Positions 1 to 12,186 of a stretch of DNA of 64,000 nucleotides are shown piece by piece. This DNA is from Hemiscyllium ocellatum (taxonomy: Eukaryota): assembly GCF_020745735.1 (NCBI RefSeq), contig NC_083419.1, positions 42,368,085 to 42,432,084 of the forward strand, read 5' to 3'. The notes under the pieces were generated by a model that was not told the origin of the DNA, searched no databases, and saw nothing but the letters and a program-made list of their open reading frames with translations. The translations under genes and the position numbers were made by a program. Position 1 is the first letter of the stretch; each line of letters opens with the position of its first letter.

Positions 1-420
1 TAGTGCGGCTATGGTCCACAGAAGATAGGAGTAAGTGCATGAAAATTGGCACTCAAGCCGTTGCAATGAACATGTTGCATGCCAGATTACAATGCCACCA
101 TTCCCAGCTGGTTTGAGAACAAGTCAGGGTTAGATCTAAGAGACTGAAGTCCAGAAAGTTTAGTGAAAAGTACATTAGAATAGGTAAGGGGAGAAATGAA
201 ATTGATAGCCAATGTCATGTCAAAAGTTATTAATGAAAACATAGAATGCAGGTATAAGGACAGAGAGAAGGTCCACGTTGAGGAAGAATTCTGGAGACCA
301 GGTGAAAGAGTCTGAGAGCAGAGAGAGGACTCCTGTTTAAAGAAGGTAAGGGTGATAAAAGAAGAGTTCAACATCATACCATGCCTGAAATTCATTGCTC
401 TCCTTTCCTCTTTCAGGATT
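1..420 (-). mobile_element. Degraded Penelope-like retroelement ORF fragment (region upstream of RT)
   Basis: Minus-strand translation FFKQESS...LQNSSSTWT...SPLTYSN...LQSLRSNPDL resembles the segment preceding the KPADKG motif in fish/shark Penelope ORFs; frameshifted. Confidence 0.55.
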
Positions 421-1879
421 TGATAAGAAAACTTAATTTTAAAAATTGACAAAAATCTCACTAATTTGCACTTCCTTCTTACAACTTCTGCTGATACAGT
501 ATCTCTGATTCCTTCAACCTGATTAGTTCAGGAAATACAAAGTTTGACTGCACCATTCACTCAGATCCCAAATGCTTTTGGAAATCCAAACATCCTGACT
601 TTTGTCACTGTACCAATATCCGTTCACATCTCAAGCTGTTATATTTTAAACTGAATATTGCTAGGCAAAGCTCAACTAACAACAGAAGCACTCCAGAGGA
701 AATCTGGATCAATGCCCCTGCATGGTCGAAAACAGGTAGTTGCAGAGTAACTTTCTCCTTAATATTCTAACCTGTGTTCTAAATAGTTACTAATAAAGTA
801 GCTGGACCACTTTAAAAAGGGTTAGCTAAATAGTTTAAAACTAAATTTTAAGAAAACAAAACAAAGATGAAAGATCAACAAATTTGGAAATTAAATAAAA
901 GCTGGAAACACAATGGTCAGTCAGCATCTCAAGAAACACAATGTTTATGAGAATAACTTCTGATGAAGATTCATACCTGAAATGATAAATTATCTTTCTC
1001 TAAGTTGAAACACTGTGCTATGCATTGCCAGCATTTCCTGTTTGGCAACAAGACTTTTGACTTATTCACTTGACAAATAAGTGATCACAGCAATTTCTGG
1101 GAAATTGAAAAAGGAAGGATACAGGTAAATAAACTGAAGGATTGTCAAACTAGACACTGTTTTATGAACCTCTTAGAACATTTTAGCCATGACAGTCAAA
1201 ATGGAGCAAGGATACAAGGAATGGTTTGGTGTAGGAGAAAACATATTACAAGAAATAGGACATAGTGACTAATTTAGAGGAGGAAGATAATCTGCAGACA
1301 GACAATTAAATGTAGTATTAAACAGTATTTAGGATCAGCAGTCCACTCTGCTGCTGTATTTTGTTCAACAAGTTCCTAGCACCTCAGTTCAGAAAACTAG
1401 CTACTGACTGTTACCTTGAGACTTTGAAAGCTTTGTCGAATGGAATCAAACTGTGTCTGTTGGGAGAAGTAAAATTGCAGCAGACTACACAACTGGACAA
1501 TGCAGAAATACTACTCAAATGCTGTTCAAGAATTTGAGAAAACATATCACTGATTGGAAACATTGCAAATATCATGTGTTTATTAAATGATGAATTTAGT
1601 TACAGATAACCAGAATTGGTCATAACTTACTACAATAAAATGGCAGCAAGCAGAACAATTAAATCTGAACTCTCTTCATGACCAAGAGTTACACTCTACA
1701 TGGACAAAGAGAAAATATTTCATGGGGAAGAAGGGAGGGAAAACAGACAGAGGTGGAGAAGATTTCACTTATGCGTTGAACAGCAAATACTTAGTGCAGA
1801 TCAGAATTCTAATGCTCGTAACATTTATTTTTGATCTTGAAAGCTGTCCAGCCCTGCTTCCCATCAAGTCTTCATCGGA

Positions 1880-2100
1880 AAACTTAGTGACAATACCACA
1901 CAAAAATTCCATACAGAGGAACAACTTCACGTGCAAATGGACATTCTCTATCATTGCGGAGTTTGGTTTGACCATTAGCATCAGAAAGTCAAAAATCATG
2001 GCCCAAGATGTTGTCATATCTGTATCTATCTGCATTGATAATGAAATGCTGAATATTTATGGCATCTCATATCTAATCCCCATAATCACCAGCAAACTGT
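1880..2100 (+). mobile_element. RTE-clade LINE reverse transcriptase fragment
   Basis: Translation FSIIAEFGLTISIRKSKIMAQDV...SICIDNEML matches the FGLTISxKKTxVM / IxIDN motif downstream of the YADD box in RTE LINEs. Confidence 0.65.
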
Positions 2101-3334
2101 AATACTGTGAACCAAACAGACTGCTCAAAAAGCACCTTTAAGTCTATCTAATTGAGTTTCATAAAACACATACCGAACTGATTTATCATATTGCGATAAT
2201 GAGGCATGCAGAAGTGCTTAACCCTGAAAATGTTCCTTGCCACACAAACTACCTTATTAGCTAAATTGTGTATATTCTTATACAATTTAGCTAATAAGAT
2301 TAAGATTTGAACAGGTACAGTTAAAAAAGTCAGTTATGCAAACTACTCGACAAAGCCAAAGTAGTTTTCAGAATGACATCCATTTGATATTTCATTGTAA
2401 GGCTTATTTGGAAGCAAGCAAAAAAAAACCTGTTGGACTATAACCTGGTGTTCTGTAATTTTTAACTTTATCCATCCCAGTCCAACACCGGCTCCTCCAA
2501 ATCATTGTAAGGCTTGTCAGAGCACAAGGGCCACTTAACTTCTACATATCTATGTTTACTGTTGTGGTTTCAGCTAGTTAGCAGCCACTATGAAAGTGGG
2601 CTAATAATTATTTGGGATTATTCAGAGGACAATGCCCGAGTTTGTAATCTGATGACCTTATTCTGCAGAATCTATCGCATGGCAGCTGTACAGGTTCACT
2701 GCCATTGTGCTCAACTAGAAACAGAAGTTATATTGGTGCAACCAGAATAATAAAGTCCTCCACTAATCATGTTCAGTAAAAGAAAACTTTAATTAGACAA
2801 CTTGCTTTTCAAGTACCAGAAATTGTGTGCTATAAATAAGTTAGTGATCTTGTGTATTTCCCCTCACTGAGTATAAGCCGTCTAATGATCCCTGAAAAGA
2901 ATATAGTACAAACTATAATAAAAAAGTCTACTAAATCTAACAATTGAGCAACAAAAGAATGCTGCAGTTAGCTACAGTTCCACCTGCCCAAATATAATAA
3001 ATTATAGAATACTTGGTTAATGTCATTAATAGCCCTTGTCAAGAATGAGAAATGATCCATACAGCTCTTTGAGACAATCTTCACATGAGCCACAGAACAA
3101 TAATAATACTGATGAGTTACAAGTAGACTGCTACATTACCTCTCAATCCTTTAAGTTGAAGCACATAATTTAACACAATTAATCCTGAACTTTACCTAGA
3201 TGCAAACACTATGATTTTTGGGCATTACACAAATCTCATTTTGAAGAGAACATTTCAGCTATTAAATATGATCTATTCTTCCTCTGCAATCAAAACATAT
3301 TTGCAAAGCACAAAGCAAGATTTTATTTATCAGA

Positions 3335-3425
3335 ATTCTGAGGAAGGGTCAATTGACTCGAAACATGAACTGATTTCTCTCTGCAGATGCTGCCAGACCT
3401 GAGCTTTTCCAGCAATTTCTATTTT
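3335..3425 (+). mobile_element. Penelope-derived pLTR fragment with degenerate hammerhead core
   Basis: CTGAGGA-AGGGTC-AATT-GACTC-GAAAC at 3338-3364, followed by a cagatgctgccagacctg...ttccagca tail similar to other Penelope ends in the window. Confidence 0.5.
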
Positions 3426-4569
3426 TGGCAAGATTTTCATCTTATATCTGATATTTATCTTTTCCAACACCTGTAAAAGATCTTTACATTCAAAATGTTG
3501 AAATTATATAGGCATAATAATTATTAGATTTTTGATAAAAGCATGACAAGAAACTGATAATATTCTCAAAGCTTCAATATCTTCCTTTTGCTCATTCGTG
3601 CCATACATACTTTCAACTTGTACACTGCTTAGGGGGTGCAACGAGAGTGTACAACAAAGAGATGATAGAAGACACAATACAAAAGGGATAAAAGGAGATG
3701 TGGGCCAATTATACCAAAAACCAAAATGTGTATCACAATTAAATTTCAAATAATTAAATTTGATAAGCATTAAAGATTATTGTGATGGCACATAGCTTTA
3801 GGGGCTTTCCTCCATGCCCACTATTGAAAACTAATTTGTACTCCTCAAGTCATTGTCTACTTCACCCATCTCACTCCACAGATAAAGAAAGAAAATAGGA
3901 AAAAACTACAACAACAACAAATCAGCAAAACAAAGCAACACAGATGAAGATAACAAAATTTAACTGGGGCTTCATATCGTTGCTGTTGCTCTCTCAAACT
4001 TAACTCATCAATGTTTCGTTCATTGATGTTGTGTAATGACAATGTATGCTAACTGATAGATAAGCAGGTGAGTGAATATTCAAAAGAGTTACTTGAAGGT
4101 GTATATGCTCAGATCCAGAATATGTTCAGCTCTGATCATAAGAATGCAAGTAGACTTTGAAATCCTAAAAGCGGTCAAGGAAACATCATGATGCTATTTA
4201 GCATTTGAGGACTCTGTTTTTACAAAAGGCAGGACAAACATGAAATTGAACAAATTAAAGCTAACTTAAAAAGGACATACAATTTATTGGCATTACCCCT
4301 TATATAGCATGCAATTTTTTTTCCAACATTTTGATTGTACTGTGATTATTATGCTGTTATAAAAAGACATATTCTCCTGCACATTTAGGGAAAAATAGGC
4401 TGCTGCTGTTATTATTTCCAGTGTGTAGCTTCTCCTTCATAAGATCTGTATTCCAATACTGGGCCACCCATACTATTGACAAATTCCTTCTAATAGTTCT
4501 AAGATCTTTCCAACTTTAGGTTCATTATGTTGCGTGTAATAGCACTTGATTGTGCTATTGCATCAGATT

Positions 4570-4730
4570 TACAATTGCAACATTTAAAAGGCATCTGGAT
4601 GGGTACATGAATGGGAAAGATTTGGAGGGATATGGATGAAATGCTGGCAGATTTATCTAGGATATCTGGTCGACGTGGATGAGTTAGACCAATGGGTCTG
4701 TTTCTGTGCTGTACATCTCTATGACTATGT
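4570..4730 (+). mobile_element. CR1 LINE 3' end
   Basis: acaattgcaacatttaaaaggcatctggatggg...gctgtacatctctatgact; the same 3' end recurs many times in the window. Confidence 0.8.
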
Positions 4731-4764
4731 TGCATATCCTCTTGGAGCTTGTTTTTTTAAATTC

Positions 4765-5660
4765 ACGCAGTGGTATACTGTTTGTCACTGGACTAGTAAT
4801 CCAGAAAGTCAAAAGTGAGGATTGCAGATGCTGGTTTCAGAGTCAAGATTAGAGTGGTGCTGGAAAAGCACAGCAGGTCAGGGAGCATCCGAATGAGGCA
4901 GGGAGCCTCTGGGGTGGAGAGATAAATGGGAGGGGGTGGGGCTGGGGAGAAGGTAGCCAAGAGTGCAATAGGTGGATGGAGGTGGGGATGAAGGCGATAG
5001 GTCAGAGAGAAGGTTGGAGCAGATATGTGGGAAGGAACATTGGCAGATAGGACAGGTCATGAGGACGGTGCTGAGCTGGCAGGTTGGAACAGAGGTAAGG
5101 TGGGGGGAGAGAAAATGAGGAAACTGGTGAAGTCCACATTGTTCCCTAAAGGGCATCATCTCCAGGACACACCAATCAACCCCACCACTCCGTGGCCTAA
5201 CATTTCAACTCCCCCTCCCATTCTGCCGAGGACATGCAGGTCCTGGGCCTCCCCCACCGCCCGGAGGAAGATTCACCTCATCTTCCACCTCAGAACACTT
5301 CGACCCCAGGGCATCAATGTGGACTTCACCAGTTTCCTCATTTCCCCTCCCCCACCTTACCCCAAATCCAGAAACCCACACAAATGGGGATATGAGTTTA
5401 AAACTCATCATCTGAATTTGAATTTGAAATTTGAATTCAATAAAAGTCTGCAAGTAAATGCTTTCAAAATAGAAACTAGTTAATCATTGTCAATGGTCAT
5501 AAAAAGCAATCTGGTTCACTAATGTCTTTAAAGAAGGAAATCTACCATTGTTACCTGATCTGGACTACATGCAACTCCAGATCCACAGCAATGCCTTCTG
5601 GGAATTTTGGCTTAATTAAGCAATAAATGTAGCCTAGCCAATGACACTCAGATCCCATAA
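4765..5660 (+). mobile_element. tRNA-derived SINE interrupted by a Penelope insertion
   Basis: Head gcagtggt...gtcactggactagtaatccagaaa resumes after 5374 (ggttcactaatgtc...gaaatct...ctacatgcaactccag); a related copy lies at about 49985-50370. Confidence 0.55.
4808..5364. mobile_element. Penelope-like fragment with internal inversion, flanked by 10-bp TSD AATCCAGAAA
   Basis: TSD at 4798-4807 and 5365-5374; arms at about 5100-5140 and 5315-5355 are reverse complements; encodes IFHLRTLRPQGINVDFTSF (GIY-YIG C-terminus). Confidence 0.8.
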
Positions 5661-5989
5661 AAAAAATTAAACAAAACCTGTTTAACGCACTTTAATTTTC
5701 CATTTGATTGGCATGTGAAACAGTCATAGAGTCAGTGTCAACGAGCATGCTAGGTTCCTCTTTACTCCTTCACTTACAGGATCGTTTGCTTGCAGACAAA
5801 GTTTAGTTCAAATTATAATTTGGCAATTATTTGTAAAATGCAGCAGTGAAGCAGCAGCCATTTGATGTATTGCTTAGCATTTTCTCTCCATGAGCTGCTC
5901 AAGTTCACACTATTCGTAATGCTACAATGAGCAAGAAAGAGAGCAACATGACTAAAACTTAGTTAGTCTTTGAGGTAGACATTGCAAGG

Positions 5990-7255
5990 TTTGTGCGAAG
6001 ATTTGTAGCTCGGGTGCTCGTTGTTGTGGTTCTGTTCGCCGAGCTGGAAGTTTTTGTTGCAAACGTTTCGTCCCCTGGCTAGGAGACATCATCAGTGCTC
6101 TGGAGCCTCCTGCGAAGTGCTTCTTTGATGTTTCTTCCGGTATTTATAGTGGTCTGTCCTTGCCGCTTCCGGGTGTCAAACAGCCCTACCACAAATTCAA
6201 CCCAAACTCTGGGTCAAATATGTCGATGACACGTTTGTAATCATCAAAACACGGAAATAGAAAAAACACACCGGATCATCAATGCCACACTCTCAGGAAT
6301 CCGATTCACGAGAGAAGAAGAAAAGGATAGCCAACTCCCATTCCTAGACGTGATAGTACAGAGAACACCGAACGGAGAATTCACCACAAGGGTACACAGG
6401 AAAACAACACACACAGACCAAGTCCTAAACTATGAAAGTAACCACCCCAACACACACAAACGAAGCTGCATCAGGACACTATTCAAAAGAGCCACAACAC
6501 ACTGCAGTACACCAGAACTGCAAAAAGAGGAAGAGGAACACCTATACAAGGTATTCGCCAAAAACGGATACTCGCGCAACTTCATCAACAGATGCCTAAG
6601 AGATAGACCACGGAACGAGGACATGCCACAACCAAAAGGACTAGCCACACTACCATACATCAGGAGCGTTTCAGAACTGACAGCCAGACTACTGCGACCC
6701 TTAGGACTCATAACGGCACACAAACCAACAGCCACGCTCAGACAACAACTTACTAGAACAAAGGAGCCGATACCCAACATGAGCAAAACTAATGTAGTGT
6801 ACAAAATACCATGCAAGGACTGCACAAAATACTGTATAGGACAAACAGGAAGACAGCTAACAATCCGCATACATGAACACCAACTAGCCACGAAACGACA
6901 CAACCAGCTATCCCTAGTAGCCACACCCTCAGACAACAAGCAACATAAATTCGACTGGGACAACACTACTATCAAAGAGCAAGCCAGACAGAGAACAGCC
7001 AGGGAATTCCTAGAGGCATGGCATTCATCCACAAACTCCATCAACAAACACATCGACCTGGACCCAATATACCAACCACTACAGCGGACAGCTGAAACTG
7101 ACACCCGGAAGCGGCAAGGACAGACCACTATAAATACCGGAAGAAACATCAAAGAAGCGCTTCGCAGGAGGCTCCAGAGCACTGATTATGTCTCCTAGCC
7201 AGGGGACGAAACGTTTGCAACAAAAACTTCCAGCTCGGCGAACAGAACCACAACA
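5990..7255 (+). mobile_element. 5'-truncated Penelope-like element (RT C-terminus + GIY-YIG, ORF 6350-7198) with inverted pLTR and 11-bp TSD
   Basis: YVDD-like KYVDDTFV near 6215, FLDV, VVYKIPCKDC..YCIGQTGR..RIHEH; inverted arm about 6020-6177 vs 7099-7257; TSD ACATTGCAAGG at 5979-5989 and 7256-7266. Confidence 0.92.
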
Positions 7256-7419
7256 ACATTGCAAGGGCACAATAGAATGAAGTCCACACAGGAGTACAAT
7301 GATCCAAAATCTACATAGGGCACCCACAGCATAGATATTACTGAATGGACAAATGTATAATATAAACAAGATCTGCAGGAAAGTACTGTTGGAAATAACT
7401 TATTTTTCCTTCCAAATTC

Positions 7420-7752
7420 CATAAATAAGATAAACTGACAAGGTCTTTTCACTGGGTTAGGAGAGTCCAGAACTCGAAAGCATAGTTTTGGCTGGGGGGG
7501 GGAGTTTAGAAGGGACCTAAGGGGCAACGTTTTCACGCAAAGAGTGGTGCATGTATGGAATAAGCTGCCAGAGGAAATGTTGGAGGCAGGTACAATTAGA
7601 ACATTTAAAAGACATCAGGATGGATATATGAATAGGAAGGGTTTAAAGGGATATGGGCCAAATGCTTGCAATGGTATTAGATTAATTTAAGATATCTGAT
7701 CAGCATGGATGAATTGGACTGAAGGGTCTGTTTCAATAATGTTTATCTCTAT
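7420..7752 (+). mobile_element. CR1 LINE 3' fragment
   Basis: Typical CR1 ORF2 C-terminal and 3' UTR sequence (gagtccagaact...gctgccagaggaa...catttaaaagaca). Confidence 0.8.
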
Positions 7753-7879
7753 GCCTAATTGTAAAATATATACAGTTGAGAAAGCTAAATCAAAGTTTAT
7801 TACAAGAACGTTAATGTAGAGTTTAAGAACACTTAGGACAATGGAACGGGAAAAGCATATTATAGTTGTAATCATAGCA

Positions 7880-8050
7880 AGTTTGGAAAAGTTTTGTAAC
7901 TCAGGTTGAGGTTCTGGATGTAAGTTTGCTCGCTAAGCTTGAAGGCTCGTTTTCAGATGTCTTGTCATCATACTAGGTAACATCAGTGAGCCTATGGTGA
8001 CAAAAGTCTGAAAACAAACCTTCCAGCTCAGTGAACAGACTTACATCCAG
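7880..8050. mobile_element. Short Penelope-derived foldback element
   Basis: Imperfect inverted arms about 7915-7972 and 7993-8050 plus an unpaired tail; flanks taatcatagc/taatcatggc are TSD-like; same family as 60735-60993. Confidence 0.65.
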
Positions 8051-9489
8051 TTTAATCATGGCCAAAGTGATACAATAAGTCTCAAATTAGCTAGACTGGG
8101 TAATTAATTTTCAACAGTACTGGACAAGACAATTTCTGTGCAGCATTTACAATGCCTAAATAATACCTAATATCACAATGGCTTTTATAATTTAACAGCA
8201 ACTTACAGAAATTTACACAATCAATCCCAACAGAAACTTGTTTTTTTTCTTATTCTTTGTGCATTGAAATTTTGTTTCCAACTTTAAAATTATAACATGG
8301 TCTGGTTTAACCCAATGGCATTGTGTATTTTAAGCTTCAGCAGGGCAAATGACAAATAGAATAAAATGAACAGATAAAACGGAGAAATATTTTATGATTA
8401 AGTCTCCATCTCAGCTCATCATTCTCTTTCCTTCAAGTTCACTGTACTTCCAGAATCTCTCCTTCCATGTAACGGCTCCAATCGATGGTCATGGCTCCCT
8501 TGGCCTTGCCATCTCATGTGGACTTGCTAATCTCAATTTCAATCACAGGCAAGGTCATTCCTGATCAATCCCTTGTAGCACTCAAAACCAGCACCCTGCA
8601 ACACTACCTCCTCCCCTGTCTACTCCTGGAAAAAGCTATTTTCTAATTTGCATAACTGTTCTTTGTGTTTAGCATTGGCCTTCCATTCACCACATTTCTG
8701 CAGCAGCTAGTTTGCTCAACCATACCATCACCAGTACCTTTGATGTGCTAGCCCCCAGCTCCTTAGCTGTTTACATCGGGGCCCTCATCTCTTGAGGCAA
8801 AGGAAGGTATGCTTGAAAGGATATGGCCGCACAAATGATTTAGCCCAACACCACTAGATCTGACAGGACTTTTTAAAAACACTACCAGTTCCTATTTTAT
8901 CTGTTAAAATCGTTCACAATTCTAGGAAAAACTTGGATAACTCCCAATTTCTTTCTCGACTTTAAACTTCGCTCTACCCAAATCCCCATCAAAAAAGTGC
9001 AAGGTGCTCATAGACTTCTCTATCTCCAAGTGTGAAACTATTCAATCAGAAAATGAAGACTGCAGATGCTGGAGATCAGAGTCAAAAAATGTGGTACTGG
9101 ACAAACACAGCCGGTCAGGCAGCATCCGAGGAGCAGGAGAGTTGACGTTTCAAGCATAAGCTCAGTTCTGCCAGCTCTCTTCTTTCTAGAAACCCACCAG
9201 AAAAACATAGTCAAATTCTATTCTTTGTCCAAGCCCTGATCTGTGTTCTTCCTCCAGTTTCTCTATCTCCTCCAATGTCCTGTTGTTTATTAGACCAACT
9301 TATGCTCCCTTAATCCAATTCCAAATAAACTAATTCAAGCTGATACAATATCATAAAGAGTCCAATCTTCAAATGTCCATATCTCCTTTAATTCTGCTAT
9401 CATTACCCATCTCCTCAAAAAAACTAACCATTAACTGATCCATCTTTGGATTAAAGTCTTTGTCCCAGTAATTATAGGATCCTTATGGT

Positions 9490-9790
9490 ACAGATTGAGG
9501 CCATTCAGCTCATCAAATCTAATCCTTCCAAGAGCATCCCCTCTTAAACCCACTCCCACACATCCTATGTCTATAACCCTGCAATAATCACAGCTAATAC
9601 ACCTTTCTTAAACATCCCTAAACATTATGGGGCAATTTAGCATGGCCAATCCACCTAATCTGCAATCTTTGGACTATGAGAAAATTGGAACACTCAGCAG
9701 AAACTCATGCAGACATGGAGAGAACATAGAAATTCCACACAGACAGTTACCAAAGGCCAGTGCCAGAACCCAGTGCTAACCACTTTGCTG
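9490..9790 (-). mobile_element. HE1/V-SINE-type SINE, diverged
   Basis: ggcaatttagcatggccaatccaccta...ctttggact...aaattccacacagacag is the reverse complement of the SINE at 33058. Confidence 0.75.
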
Positions 9791-10644
9791 CCCAATAGGT
9801 GGTAATACCTGCAGGTGAAAACACAGAGGGACAACTGAAGGTCTCATTAGGGGGATGTACATTCCAGAAGATTGTTTTAATATTCACATGTAGACATTCC
9901 TTTACATCATCCTGAGAGTTTGGCAACCATTTTAAAATGTCGCAGCTCAGTGTTTTTTCTCCTAAAAGCAAAACTTTGGATTTGGTATTAAGTTAGTTGA
10001 TGAGATTTTAAAAGGTTAATAAGCTTGTATTTTAGTTCATCATTGCAATAAGACTACAAGTTTTGAGGATGACTCAGAGGCAAGAGAATAGACAGGTTAA
10101 GGGAGTAAGTAGGCAATAGGGTGATGGGTGAAATTTAATATGGGAAGTGTGGGGTTTTTCACTTTGGTTGAAAAGAGGCAATGCATTTCTACAAACTGCA
10201 AAATGTGCTAATATTGATGTTCACAAATATTAGAATGCACTCATACTAGGAATATAAATTTAGCACGCAATCAAGTCTTTATTGTGAGAAGATTGTAATA
10301 CAAGAATAAAGACAGCTTGTTACAATTGCACAGGGCTTTGATGAGACCACACATGGAATATTACATGCAGCTTTATTCTTTATTTAAAGAAATGCATTGG
10401 AGGTAGTACAGCAACAATTCGTTAGATCGTCCACAAGGAAGACAGGCTCTTATCATAGGACAATCCTGAGTGAACTGAGCCTATATTATCCGCAATATAT
10501 ATAATGACAGAAAATTGTTTTGAAACATTCAAGATTTTTAAAGTACTCGATAGGGTGGACAGTTTTAGCTGCCAGCTGGGAAAATTACAGAAAGGGATCA
10601 GAGTTTCAAGATAAAACTAAGAAAGGAAGATATCTCTTCTCAAT

Positions 10645-12186
10645 TGCCAGCACTTGGTCCATATCCCTCTAAACCCTTCCTTTTCATATATCCACTCAGA
10701 TGCCATTTAAATGTTGTAGTTGTACCAGCCTCTGTCACTTCCTCTGATTGTTGCCCCTTAGGTCCATTTTAAAATCTTTCCCCTCTCACCCTAAAGCTAT
10801 GCTCTCTAGTTCTGGACTCCCCATCCCAGGGAAAAGACCTTTCTATTTACTCTATCCTTACTTTCATGGCTTTATAAACTTCTATAAGGTCACCCCTCAG
10901 CCTCTGATGCTCCAGGGAAAATAGCCCAGGCTATTAATTTGGGATATCTGATTGCCAGAGATGAGTTGGACCGAAGGGTCTTTTTCGGTGCTACATATTT
11001 CTATGATTACTAAAGAAATTGAGGGTTTGGTTAAGAAAAAGAAGGAAGCACATGTAAGGTATAGACAGGATAGATCAAGTGAATCCTTAGAAGAGTATAA
11101 AGGAAGGAGGAGTATACTTAAGAGATAGCGTTGGCAAATAGAATTAAGGAGAATCGAAAGAGTTTTTACAAATACATTAAGGACAAAACAGTAACCAGGG
11201 AGAGAACAGGGCTCCTCAAAGATCAGCAAGGTGGCCTTTGTATGGAGCTGCAGAAAATGGGGGACATACTAAATGAGTATTTTGCATCAGTATTTTCTGT
11301 GGAAAGGATATGAAAGATATAGACTGTAGGGAAATAGATGGTGACATCTTGCAAAACGCCTATATTACAGAGGAGGAAGTGCTGGATGTCTTGAAACGCG
11401 TAAAGGTGGATAAATCCCCAGGGCCTGATCAAGTGTGCCCTAGAACTCTGTGGGAAGCTAGAGAAATGATTGCTGGGCCTCTTGCGAGATACTCCACTTT
11501 CAAGGAGCTATGAACCTGCACTTATTTCAAGGTCTCTTTGTTCAGCAAAACTCCCTAGGACCTTACCATTAAGTGTATAAGTCCAGCTAAGATTTGCTTT
11601 CCCAAAATGCAGCACCTCGCATTTATCTGAATTAAACTCCATCTGCCCCTGCTCAGTCCATTGGCCCATCTAGCCATCTGTTGTAATCTGAGGTAACCCT
11701 CTTCGCTGTCCACTACACCTCCAATTTTGGTGTCATCTACAAACTTACTAACCGTACCTCTTATGCTCACAGCCAAATCATTTATGCAAATAACAAAACA
11801 TAGAGGACCCAGCACCGATCCTTGTGGCACTCCACTGGTCACAGGCCTCCAGTCTGAAAAATAACCCTCCACCACCACCTTCTGTCTTCTACCTTTGAGC
11901 TAGTTCTATATCCAAATGGCTAGTTCTCCCTGTATTCCGTGAGATCTAACCTTGCTAATCAGTCTCCTATGGGGAACCTTGTCAAACGCCTTACTGAAGT
12001 CCATATAGATCACAGCTACAATTGCAACATTTAAGAGGCATTTGGATGGGTATATGAAGAGGAAGGGTTTGGTGGGATATGGGCTAGGTGCTGGCAGGTG
12101 GGACTAGATTGGGTTGGGATATCTGATTGGCACGGACGGGTTGGACCAAAGGGTGTGTTTCCAAGCTGTACATCTCTATGATTCTA
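10645..12186. mobile_element. CR1 LINE mosaic with segments in alternating orientation
   Basis: Approximate segments: 10645-10935 (-), 10935-11010 (+ 3' end), 11010-11490 (+, KSFYKYIK...KSPGPD), 11490-12015 (-, SGVPQGSVLGP, KFVDDTK), 12016-12186 (+ 3' end). Confidence 0.85.

Noticed and set aside
3857-4042. ORF with DELSLREQQQR, vaguely like the tubby N-terminal LRQQKL motif
   Set aside because: No convincing acceptor or donor, and similarity too weak to call a TULP3 exon.
5771-5790. Possible 11-nt minus-strand microexon (tctgcaag|CAAACGATCCT|gtaagtg)
   Set aside because: Good donor but weak acceptor and no homology support.
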